From positions 160,001 through 224,000 of IMG/VR virus record IMGVR_UViG_3300045988_137032: 64,000 nucleotides of DNA. The stretch is one strand, 5' to 3'. The stretch is from a virus. The first letter of the stretch is position 1. Each line of letters opens with the position of its first letter. A model generated the notes under the pieces. It saw only the letters and a list, made by a program, of their open reading frames with translations. It ran no database searches and was not told where the DNA came from. Shown piece after piece: positions 10,359 to 19,215 of the stretch. Both the position numbers and the translations under genes were made by a program.

Positions 10359-11228
10359 ATGGCTAACGCAAATACTTTCCAAACTAACATTCATAACCAT
10401 AATATGGAAAACATCACGGAATATGCTCTGTTTCTTGGTGGTCTGAATGTTACTCGTGATTCCCTCCTGCAGTACGACCCTCTTAAGACTGGCTTCGGTC
10501 GTGTCTTTATGATTCGTACTCCGATCTTTGTGACTAACAAGATCCCCGATAAGATGCGTAAGTTCAAGCATGTTCTTGAGTACGCAAATACCGAAATCGG
10601 CGGTAACGACAATATCGATCTGACCACCAACGATATGACTGGTGGTTATTCCGGTAAGAAGGTTACCATCCCGAATATCGCTACCGATGGTGCTAACGAC
10701 TTCAACATCAAGGTCTATGAGTTCTCTGGCTCTCTGATGCGTGAGGTTATCCAGTATTGGATCAACGGTATCTCCGATATTCAGTCTGGTCTGAGCCATT
10801 ACTACTGTGATGGTACTCCCAACGATGTAAACTACGGTCTGCCCATTTGCCAGGCAAACCAGAGCGCCGAGTTCATCTACGTTGCTACTGACCAGTCTGG
10901 TAAGGAAGTTGAGTATGCAGCTCTGTTTGCAAACTGCGTTCCTACCAGCATTCAGCTTGAGCAGTTCAACTACACCGCTGGTGAGCACAACCTGGTGGAG
11001 ATGAACATCAACTTTACTGCGTCTCGTTACATGAGCCCGCAGATCAATGAGAAGGCAAAGCAGCTGCTTGTGAAGCATAATGCTCTGATGAACTCTCTGA
11101 ACTTCAACTCTGGTTACACCAACGATGATCTGTATCCCGCTGGTGATAATGGTACTTACTACGATCTGAACGATGGTAAGCTGAAGAAGAAGAGTGCTCA
11201 GCAGAAGAATACCTTCATTGTGACCTAA
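10359..11228 (+). CDS. tail tube protein
   Basis: Directly after the sheath gene with AAAGGAGCG RBS. NDFNIKVYEFSG..VIQYW and ALFANCVPTSIQLEQFNY..NLVEMNINFTASRY resemble T4 gp19-type tube motifs by eye. Confidence 0.55.
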   Translation: MANANTFQTNIHNHNMENITEYALFLGGLNVTRDSLLQYDPLKTGFGRVFMIRTPIFVTNKIPDKMRKFKHVLEYANTEIGGNDNIDLTTNDMTGGYSGKKVTIPNIATDGANDFNIKVYEFSGSLMREVIQYWINGISDIQSGLSHYYCDGTPNDVNYGLPICQANQSAEFIYVATDQSGKEVEYAALFANCVPTSIQLEQFNYTAGEHNLVEMNINFTASRYMSPQINEKAKQLLVKHNALMNSLNFNSGYTNDDLYPAGDNGTYYDLNDGKLKKKSAQQKNTFIVT

Positions 11229-11299
11229 TAGTTACCATTAGGCTTGGATTAAAATCACGATGTTTTACCATCGAATGATTTTCTCCTTTTATCATATAT

Positions 11300-11352
11300 A
11301 AAACCTAGCAGGTATGAGATATATTTCAATCTCATACCTGCTAGGTGTTTTT
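11300..11352. terminator. bidirectional terminator (tube / portal convergent)
   Basis: 18-bp stem ACCTAGCAGGTATGAGAT / ATCTCATACCTGCTAGGT with flanking A and T runs. Confidence 0.8.
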
Positions 11353-11358
11353 ACAGTC

Positions 11359-13764
11359 TTACTGACCGCCACCCATATCATCCATACCGGACATATCGAG
11401 GTTTTCATCATCAGACTGATCGTTCTTCATGGGATCCATGGAATCTCCCTTGCCTTTGATATTTGCAGCTTTAAAGATCTCTTCGATATGATCGAAGTTA
11501 AGCATTGCAAGTCTATCCTTAGCAAGTTCTTTCTTAAACACGGAAACCTGTGCTGTCTTACCAGCATCATCCTGATAGTTCTGTCCATAGTAAAGACCAG
11601 TCAGGAACTCAGAAAGTGTATTGAAGTTATTCAAAAGATCATTGGTAATATTGCTATTTGCAGTCTTAGGCTGAACGAAATTAAAATGAAGTGTATTGAT
11701 GACTTCATCCGGCATATTCGTAGCATATTTACAAATCTGCCGATAAAGCTGAGTAATTTGCTCATTGTAATCAAGCTGGAACGAAATGACACGACCCTGG
11801 AATCTATTATTTGCAAGCTCCAGTGTCTTAGCAAAGTCAGCTTCATTATAGTAGTTGAGCAAGACATCAGGAACACCAGTACCAGAGACATATGCTTTCT
11901 TCAGCATATCCATCAGATCACTATTGATCTGGACATCCTGACCAGCAAGAATCTCAGTTTCAATACCACGTTCATTTCCCTTACCAGTAGGAATATACAT
12001 CTCGTTGCCCTGACCAATCTTATTGATCAAGGTCGTGTACGAGAACATATCCGCCATGGTAATCTTACGCTCTTGCTTCTTACGAGCAATATCCTGAATC
12101 TTATTGGCGACGTTCTTATCAATACCAGACTGTCTGACGTAGTTGACCTTAGTATCATTACTATTGGTAACGATAGAAAGAATCTTAAAGAGCAACAGCA
12201 TCAGATAAAGTTTAGCATAGAAAAGCGAATCTTCAATGATGGAAACACCATTGCCATGCTCATCTGTATTGATCTTAAACGGCACAATATATTCTTTCGG
12301 AATAAACTGGAAACGAATCCGTTTATTATTCAGCTTATAGTAATTCAATGCTTCCACAATAAGCTTCTTAAACTTCATATTCTCGTTTAAGAACTTCTTA
12401 TTGAATGCTTCTACGATAGAGGATGCAATCATGGAAACGATATTCGTTTCACTGGTATTCATGTCATACTTATCGTAATACATGGTAGAAGTAAGAATAC
12501 CTGCCATAGGAGTGATATCATCTTCCTGTACGTAATAGTACCCGATGATTTCATCCATAATCTTAATAGGGAGAAGATTCAGAGGTGAGATCAATCTTAC
12601 ATAGCAATCCTGAATACTATTGAAAGATTCTGCTTTACCAGTCTTCTTCTTATCAAGAGCTCCCGTACCATTAAATGCATGAACACCAGAATCGATATTC
12701 CGCATAATGGAATTGAAATTATAAGAAGGAGTTTTCTTAGCTTCCGTAACAGACTTCTCTACAAACTCGTTATAGTACTGGCGGTAAGTATCAACACCTT
12801 CTTCCAATACAGGAAGAGGAATAGCATCATTGCAGATAGTGATATTCTCCATGCATGCTTTCAATTCAGAATTCAACTGCTTGGAAGCTTCATTTTTACT
12901 ACTAGATCCATTCCTACGAATGATATCATCGTATTCAGGACAAGATTCTGCTGCTTCCATAATATCTTTCGCAAACTTTGTTTTGCTAAAATCTTTCGTG
13001 TCAGCTTTCTCTGTAATGATTCTATCCAGTGTACGTCCAGCAGCTTCACTATATGCTCTATACTTGCCATCTGCTTTCTCCTTAGAGAAATCAGAGAAAA
13101 TCTTAGAGTAAGGAACTGCATAGACGTAATATTCACCATATTCCAGAGAACGAGGAATAATGAATTCCTTAATCTTCTTCTGAAGATCAAACTTCTTTTC
13201 CACATTCTCAATGATAGGCAGATAATCTTCAGAGCCATTCTCCATATTATCATTATCAATGGTAATCGTACGAGACATGGTACCATCCACAATATCTGCC
13301 GAAATAATAGCATCACGAGTAACAACGATAGCTTGCTTTAATTCAACAAGCTGTGATGCAACTTCATGAAGGTCAGCTTGCTTTATCAGGCGGTTCTTAT
13401 ACTGCTCTGTAAATAAAGCTTGAATCTGACCTTCATCTGTGCCAAAGATATCCTCAAGATCTTTTGATGCACCAGCGATTCGCTTATTATTCTCCGAAAT
13501 AACTTTCGTGATAAAGTCAACGCTGTCTCCACCAGATCCCTTTCGGATATCTGTAATTTCAGATTTAAGTAATGAATTAAAATTATTGACGAGTGAATCA
13601 ACTTTCGTATCTCTCTTAGTACCATATGTCATCGTATTCAGCGAGTCCATCATCTGATTGATATTAGCACTGATATTTCGATTCATACGGTTGATACGGC
13701 CTGCTTGCTGTTTTGTCAGCTGAGGCGCAGAAGCCTCATTAATGTGATCAGGCATGAAATACAT
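11359..13764 (-). CDS. portal protein
   Basis: 801-aa ORF with GGAGAGGAG RBS. Size and a C-terminal region (ADFAKTLELANNRFQGRVISFQ) are reminiscent of the T4 gp20-type portal. Lies in the structural neighbourhood. Confidence 0.6.
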   Translation of the reverse strand: MYFMPDHINEASAPQLTKQQAGRINRMNRNISANINQMMDSLNTMTYGTKRDTKVDSLVNNFNSLLKSEITDIRKGSGGDSVDFITKVISENNKRIAGASKDLEDIFGTDEGQIQALFTEQYKNRLIKQADLHEVASQLVELKQAIVVTRDAIISADIVDGTMSRTITIDNDNMENGSEDYLPIIENVEKKFDLQKKIKEFIIPRSLEYGEYYVYAVPYSKIFSDFSKEKADGKYRAYSEAAGRTLDRIITEKADTKDFSKTKFAKDIMEAAESCPEYDDIIRRNGSSSKNEASKQLNSELKACMENITICNDAIPLPVLEEGVDTYRQYYNEFVEKSVTEAKKTPSYNFNSIMRNIDSGVHAFNGTGALDKKKTGKAESFNSIQDCYVRLISPLNLLPIKIMDEIIGYYYVQEDDITPMAGILTSTMYYDKYDMNTSETNIVSMIASSIVEAFNKKFLNENMKFKKLIVEALNYYKLNNKRIRFQFIPKEYIVPFKINTDEHGNGVSIIEDSLFYAKLYLMLLLFKILSIVTNSNDTKVNYVRQSGIDKNVANKIQDIARKKQERKITMADMFSYTTLINKIGQGNEMYIPTGKGNERGIETEILAGQDVQINSDLMDMLKKAYVSGTGVPDVLLNYYNEADFAKTLELANNRFQGRVISFQLDYNEQITQLYRQICKYATNMPDEVINTLHFNFVQPKTANSNITNDLLNNFNTLSEFLTGLYYGQNYQDDAGKTAQVSVFKKELAKDRLAMLNFDHIEEIFKAANIKGKGDSMDPMKNDQSDDENLDMSGMDDMGGGQ

Positions 13765-13889
13765 ACACTCCTCTCCATTGTAGTATATTTTGATATGAAA
13801 CGCTCATAGTTATTGTATTTCCGTAGATTACCTAAGTGTTTTTAGGATCATTTCCTGTGAAATACAATGATTAATCATTTCAAATCATA

Positions 13890-13907
13890 ATATAATGATA
13901 TATTATA
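13890..13907 (-). promoter_or_regulatory. AT motif copy 2 (reverse orientation)
   Basis: The plus strand reads ATATAATGATATATTATA. Lies in the divergent spacer between portal(-) and 13986-14591(+). Confidence 0.6.
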
Positions 13908-13985
13908 TCAGTGAATATGAAGTAAGCAATCGGTTTACTTATATTCATTTTGGCCTAGTGTATGCTAGGAGAAAGCGAAAATCAT

Positions 13986-14591
13986 ATGAAGTACGAAATC
14001 AGCAAGAGCTATCTGTGCCGCAGTGACCGGTATGATGATTTTTATATCATCAAGGCAACCAGCGACAACGGAGTCTCCAAGTATTACGAAGGATACTCTC
14101 AGTTGTATAAGGAGTTGCTTTCCAGAACGTCTGATATGAAGTGCTCTTCCTTGAACGGTGATACCATCGAAAAGAGTCCTATCTACCAGACGGTCAGTGC
14201 TGACGATTACAAGCGCCAAATTCTCACTCAGTTCATCCATGGCGTCAAGATGGAGAAAACTTTCTCTGTCGCCATCACCAATGATCTCATTGGATATACA
14301 AGATTTTCTCCGGAATCGTTCGATGAGTTCATGAAGATTCTTTCCACCGGAAAGAGCTATCTGGACGTCAAGAGCGCAGACTTGTTCAGCAAATCCGCTG
14401 ACGGAGATGAGCTCATCGGTATCAAGTACTATGATGCGTGCAAGGATGTCCCGAATGACGAGCAGTATAAGAACACCTTCAACCGTATCCATCGCTTCAT
14501 GAGTGAGGACGGCATCTGCTATTACCTTCTCATGAAGGTTAACAGCATCTACGTGCCGTTCCTTCTGCGTGAGTTCGATCCTATGGCATAA
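13986..14591 (+). CDS. hypothetical protein
   Basis: ORF downstream of the minus-oriented AT motif. Start is ATG 13986 (or 13962). Terminator at 14643-14690. Confidence 0.5.
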   Translation: MKYEISKSYLCRSDRYDDFYIIKATSDNGVSKYYEGYSQLYKELLSRTSDMKCSSLNGDTIEKSPIYQTVSADDYKRQILTQFIHGVKMEKTFSVAITNDLIGYTRFSPESFDEFMKILSTGKSYLDVKSADLFSKSADGDELIGIKYYDACKDVPNDEQYKNTFNRIHRFMSEDGICYYLLMKVNSIYVPFLLREFDPMA

Positions 14592-14642
14592 GTCATAGGA
14601 TCTAGGGGCCTGGTAACCAGCTAGGTATCACTTTTGCATAAT

Positions 14643-14690
14643 AAGAACCAAGGTTATTCTAATATTAGAATAACCTTGGTTCTTTTTTTT
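14643..14690. terminator. bidirectional terminator
   Basis: 19-bp stem AAGAACCAAGGTTATTCTA / TAGAATAACCTTGGTTCTT followed by a T9 run. Confidence 0.8.
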
Positions 14691-14699
14691 TGTTAAGTT

Positions 14700-15365
14700 T
14701 CAGCTATCCTTCTTCACCATTGGAATATAGAAGTTGAACGACTGAGATGTAAATAAACCTATATCGCATCTGAATGATATTAGGTTGAGTTCATTAGAAT
14801 ATTGTCGGGCGCTATACTCGACAATATCTGTATTTTTTTCTGTGACAAGAGGGAAAGCTTCCTTAGTCAGAATCACAGGAACATCATCAACATCTTCAGG
14901 TACAAACTGGAAGTAGTTATTTTCTACGAAGATGTCATTGATTTGTGCTTCTGTCAAATTAAGCTTATGCCAATCATGAAGAATACCATTCAAATCGTAA
15001 TAATACTGAGTACGAGCAATTACATTACTCCTCTCAGAATTAAGACGGACTTGAACTGCTTTTTTTCGATATTCTTCCAAGTCAATATTCTTTTCAAGAT
15101 CTGCTTTGGAAGGACATACGTATTTCTTAAACTCACGAGCATTCGGAATATGGATCATTGATCCAAAATCATCGAATAGATAAAATAACGCTTTCGTTGT
15201 TTTATCATCGAGCTTTATCATGTACGGATAATTTATATCAAGACTGATGACATCACCAGTTTTCATGATGTAAATATCATTCATTACTCTTACGAGTTTT
15301 GTAAATACTTTCCCGATGAGAGTTCTCTCATCATTATCCGGGAGAATTACTTTAGTCGTTGCCAT
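14700..15365 (-). CDS. hypothetical protein
   Basis: 221-aa ORF whose ATG overlaps the PolB stop by 1 nt (TAATG). Contains no polymerase motifs. Confidence 0.6.
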   Translation of the reverse strand: MATTKVILPDNDERTLIGKVFTKLVRVMNDIYIMKTGDVISLDINYPYMIKLDDKTTKALFYLFDDFGSMIHIPNAREFKKYVCPSKADLEKNIDLEEYRKKAVQVRLNSERSNVIARTQYYYDLNGILHDWHKLNLTEAQINDIFVENNYFQFVPEDVDDVPVILTKEAFPLVTEKNTDIVEYSARQYSNELNLISFRCDIGLFTSQSFNFYIPMVKKDS

Positions 15366-17194
15366 TATTTACCGAGCTCCTCCTTCATACGAGCATATAC
15401 GTCAGCTACGGATGGCATATTCATCCATTTCGTTCCAAACGAAGTATAGTTACCTGTCTGGAAGTTATCTATGAATTCCTTACTGCCGTCGCGCTCGCCT
15501 TCTTCAACGAACTTCTTCCATGTAACTCCTTCAAGGGGAATAGGTCCATCGTAAATATCGTACTGGCCAAGATCCATCTGCATCTTAAAAATAAGAGTAG
15601 AAGGATCGATATTCATAGCACGAATACTGGATGGATAGAAAGAAGACATATCGAAGTCAATTGCATTCAGGAAGATATTATTGGAAGTTTGCCCATAGAT
15701 TTTGATACCTACTTTGTCATTATAAGTAGGATCAGCAACCAGTGCACCTTCGAAGCTATCATCTTCCTCAATGATGTTACCGTCTTCATCGTACTTCGGT
15801 TCAGACCGACTTGTATCAAAGAGTACGTTGATATTATTGCCGGGAACAAGTCCACGACTCAAATAGTTCACATACTGCACGTTACGAAGAACGACTGTCT
15901 GTTTGAAGACCTTAGAATACGGAGTTGCGTTCTTATAAGAAGAAACGTAAAGTGTATCAAGGTCAGAAGTTCTGCGTTCAATACCATACTGAAGCAAAAC
16001 GTCTTTGATGTTGTAAGTAACAAACATCTCAAAGTTTGTATAGGGAAGAGTTTTAATGTTACCATCTTCACTATAATCAAGCTTTGTATCTTTCAATTCT
16101 TTCTGAGCAATGTAATTCAGTTTGTAGTTACGTAACTCAGCACCGCCTTTACGATTGGCTGCATACAACTCCATCTGGTCGATAAAGTTTGTATACGATG
16201 AAAGAATCATGATATCATTCTTATTCTTGATCTCAAAGTTTCTAGTATCAGGTTTAAACTGACACACTTTCGATGGGAAATCAGGATGACACATAACATC
16301 AGTAGGATTAAGTCCAAGTCGGATCAATCTTTCAATGATATACGGCATATCGAAGCTGATATTCCAAATCGTAATGAAATCAAGTTCCAAAGAATTGATT
16401 AACTGGAATAACTGTACCAGCATCTTCTTTTCATCAGTAAAGAAATACTGCTTGTATTCCAAATCAGAACCATAAAACTCATCATAAGTTTCATGCATCT
16501 TCTGATTAAATTCTTCTTGGTGGTGCATCATGTAACGCTGCTGATCATGCATACTATCATACATCTTAGCACGCTCAGGATCGTCGCCTTCATACTGACG
16601 ATTCACCAGGAGGAAAGTATAAACGACTTTATCCCATCCATCAATTAAAGTAACTGCATTGATGGGACAGTCTTGTGCAGATGGCATACCGGGGGTTTCA
16701 ATACCATCAACCTCGATATCCATGAATCCTTTATGAAGTTTCTTCACACGGTCATTATCATAGTTCTGAAGCCATCTTGCACGATAAACGGAAATAGGAT
16801 CGTAATCAGATCCAAAAGTATACGGATAAGCAAAAAGCTTTTTATTCTCTCCGTAATTACCAGTCTGGAGATTGCTCTTATAAATCTGAAGCCATTGATC
16901 TCCAGCTTCCAAAGCAATTGCTCTCTGTACATCTTTATACGGAACCACCTTGCAATAGAGGTGGTCAATCGGAGAGTAGTTCTTACAGTAATCATGATCC
17001 CGGTATTCCTCTTTCTCAAAGTAAATAGGAATAACGGGATTCTTCTGTGTAATCAGGTATTTTTTACCTGTATCAAGATTCCTCCAAATCACATAGAGGT
17101 AATCATCATTCTGACCTTTCTTACGGTCAGGTTTTACATATTGAATATCGACGAGCATTGCATTTTCTTTACTAGGTTTAGGTCCATTCAGCAT
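15365..17194 (-). CDS. family-B DNA polymerase, N-terminal part only (3'-5' exonuclease domain plus motif A)
   Basis: AAAGGAGA RBS. ExoI FMDIEVD, ExoII IWNISFDMPY, ExoIII YNIKDVLL, Pol motif A DFDMSSFYPSS (about nt 15623-15658). Only 85 residues follow, and motifs B and C are absent. Confidence 0.85.
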   Translation of the reverse strand: MLNGPKPSKENAMLVDIQYVKPDRKKGQNDDYLYVIWRNLDTGKKYLITQKNPVIPIYFEKEEYRDHDYCKNYSPIDHLYCKVVPYKDVQRAIALEAGDQWLQIYKSNLQTGNYGENKKLFAYPYTFGSDYDPISVYRARWLQNYDNDRVKKLHKGFMDIEVDGIETPGMPSAQDCPINAVTLIDGWDKVVYTFLLVNRQYEGDDPERAKMYDSMHDQQRYMMHHQEEFNQKMHETYDEFYGSDLEYKQYFFTDEKKMLVQLFQLINSLELDFITIWNISFDMPYIIERLIRLGLNPTDVMCHPDFPSKVCQFKPDTRNFEIKNKNDIMILSSYTNFIDQMELYAANRKGGAELRNYKLNYIAQKELKDTKLDYSEDGNIKTLPYTNFEMFVTYNIKDVLLQYGIERRTSDLDTLYVSSYKNATPYSKVFKQTVVLRNVQYVNYLSRGLVPGNNINVLFDTSRSEPKYDEDGNIIEEDDSFEGALVADPTYNDKVGIKIYGQTSNNIFLNAIDFDMSSFYPSSIRAMNIDPSTLIFKMQMDLGQYDIYDGPIPLEGVTWKKFVEEGERDGSKEFIDNFQTGNYTSFGTKWMNMPSVADVYARMKEELGK

Positions 17195-17317
17195 ACTACT
17201 CAGTCTCCTTTATGATTATACTTTTGATTAGACTACTGTCATCCTGACCATTAAAAGTGATAGTGAAAACAGAGACTTAAGTTTCTAGGCTTTACATATA
17301 TTACTCTAAGGAGAAAG

Positions 17318-18424
17318 GTGGTTAAACAAATCATGAGTTATCACTATGATGATTTGCCGAAGGACGACATTGAATTTGATGTTGGTTTGAAGCCAAGTAG
17401 AGCAAAAAGCCTTCTTAACGCTACGGCGGATCTCGATGATGATTTTGATACAGGCACTTGCGTTCTGGCTTCTGATCTCTTGGCAAATGCTGAGAAAAAG
17501 AAGGCAGAACGCAAGCGTTCTGCTAAGTTGGCTGAAGAAGCTGAAAAGGAAGAGTACATGGCAGAAATGCGTTCTCTTTCTGGTGAAGATGCAGATTTGA
17601 ATTTCGCATTTGAATCTGCTAAAAAGAAAAAGAAGAAGAAAAAGAAAAATAAGAAGAAGTTCAACGATATCTTCGGATTCAATGATGACGATGAAGATAG
17701 TGAAGGTAAGAAAAAGAAGAAAGACGGTCAGCCGATCAATCACAAGAAAGAGTTTGATGCTGAGCTGACACTTCTTCGTTCTATGCAAGTTGAACAGAGT
17801 AAATTCGTAGATTCTCTGCAGAAGAAATATGACCAGCTTGAGAATAGTAAGAGTAGTGCACGTGGTATTGGTAAGTTTACTACTGATCTTATCAATAGTA
17901 TCACCACTGCACGTTCTACAAATCTCCAGATTGTCAATGCCATGATTTCTACAAAGAAGAGTATTGCTGATATGAATTTCAAGGAACGCAAGGAATTTGG
18001 CTCTTCCAATTCTTCCGAGAATGCAAGCATTGTCAACTATGCATCCACTTATCTTAAGACGATGATGGATGCTGGACGTAGTAACATTGCAAATCCTTCT
18101 GATAATAATTCTCAAGGATATGATTCTGTGGATGATGACGATGACTTATTAGATGGAATCAATGATAGTCTGGGCGATGAGAACCGGAGTGATGAAACTC
18201 TATCTTATCTGAAGTACGAGAATCGTGGCGTAAAGATTAATGTCATTTGGCATGATGATCTTAGCGATGACGATCCAAATAAGTATGAATTCCAGGCTGT
18301 CGATAAAGATGGCGTTGTTCTTGATGATTATCCCCTTCCTGACCACACTCGTATGAGTATCAACCGTTCTACTTCGATTGCTACAGATCTCTATGGCAAC
18401 AAGTACCGGCTGATAGTGGTTTAA
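17318..18424 (+). CDS. hypothetical protein with poly-lysine tract
   Basis: 368-aa ORF after AAGGAGAAAG. Contains KKKKKKKKNKKK and KKKKKD. Start is GTG 17318 or ATG 17333. Confidence 0.6.
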   Translation: MVKQIMSYHYDDLPKDDIEFDVGLKPSRAKSLLNATADLDDDFDTGTCVLASDLLANAEKKKAERKRSAKLAEEAEKEEYMAEMRSLSGEDADLNFAFESAKKKKKKKKKNKKKFNDIFGFNDDDEDSEGKKKKKDGQPINHKKEFDAELTLLRSMQVEQSKFVDSLQKKYDQLENSKSSARGIGKFTTDLINSITTARSTNLQIVNAMISTKKSIADMNFKERKEFGSSNSSENASIVNYASTYLKTMMDAGRSNIANPSDNNSQGYDSVDDDDDLLDGINDSLGDENRSDETLSYLKYENRGVKINVIWHDDLSDDDPNKYEFQAVDKDGVVLDDYPLPDHTRMSINRSTSIATDLYGNKYRLIVV

Positions 18425-18495
18425 AAACATACAGATAATACCTGTGTATTCCCTGTATTTAAACAAAAATATCTTAAGAAAGGGTGATAATCTAC

Positions 18496-19197
18496 ATGCC
18501 GAAGATTGTTAAATCGGGCATTGTATACTCGTCTGGCTCCACAATGCCTGCGGCTAACATCCCGTATACTCCGCCTTCTGGTAGTGGTTCCACTGCTACT
18601 ACGGCTAAAGCTGCTATCGATGAAGCACTCACAGGCGTTAAGGATTTGAAGTCCAGTCTTTCTACTACTAACGGTAATGTCACTTCTGTTACGAATAAGG
18701 CTGATACCAATGCGTCGAATATCACTAAACTGACAACTCGTATGGGTACTGCTGAAACCAATATCAATAATGTGACGAGTACTGCTAATAGTCTGAATGC
18801 AACTTCAAGTCTTGCTGTGACTGCTGTAGCTGATAGCTATACAAGTGCTAAGAGTATTTCTGCTTGGAAGAACGGTCATATGATCGTTGTGCGTGGTACC
18901 CTTACTATTAGTAAGCAAATCCCGAAGGGTAGTTCGTTCAATATCTGCACACTTCCCACTGCTACTGCAACAGCAGCATTCAGTGGTAACACTGCAGATG
19001 CATTTGCTCGGACTACGACTTCTCTGCTGACGTCCATCGAGAGTACTGACTCTGTCAATATTACTCCGACGACAGTTACCTGCATGCTTCCTTGTGCTAT
19101 TACTCTCAGTACAGCAACACTTGCATTCTCGAATGCAAGTGACGCTATTCCGGCAGGTAGCACCATTACTTTCAGTATGGTGTATATTGCCAAGTAA
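18496..19197 (+). CDS. fibre-like or virion surface protein (Ser/Thr/Asn/Ala-rich)
   Basis: ATG 18496 after AAGAAAGGGTGA. Composition is low-complexity S/T/N/A-rich. Late-type codon usage. Confidence 0.5.
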   Translation: MPKIVKSGIVYSSGSTMPAANIPYTPPSGSGSTATTAKAAIDEALTGVKDLKSSLSTTNGNVTSVTNKADTNASNITKLTTRMGTAETNINNVTSTANSLNATSSLAVTAVADSYTSAKSISAWKNGHMIVVRGTLTISKQIPKGSSFNICTLPTATATAAFSGNTADAFARTTTSLLTSIESTDSVNITPTTVTCMLPCAITLSTATLAFSNASDAIPAGSTITFSMVYIAK

Positions 19198-19215
19198 TGA
19201 GGAGGTGAGAGAAAG

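Noticed and set aside
8289-11078. 929-aa ORF on the minus strand, the longest ORF in the window
   Set aside because: It is exactly codon-aligned antisense to the sheath and tube genes and spans their intergenic RBS. It has no RBS of its own, and its product is Leu/Val/Ile/His-rich low-information sequence. Its openness is explained by the absence of TTA, CTA and TCA codons in the sense genes.
11314-13341. Plus-strand ORFs 11314-12390 and 12679-13341
   Set aside because: They are antisense to the portal gene. The first starts inside the bidirectional terminator. Both are Ile/Leu/Phe-rich junk-like sequence.
14565-14600. GAGTTCGATCC, a tRNA T-loop-like string
   Set aside because: It lies inside the 13986-14591 coding frame. 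No acceptor, D or anticodon arms can be folded around it. I found no tRNA-like cloverleaf in any spacer examined (5268-5663, 20524-20839, 36865-37266, 39930-40407).
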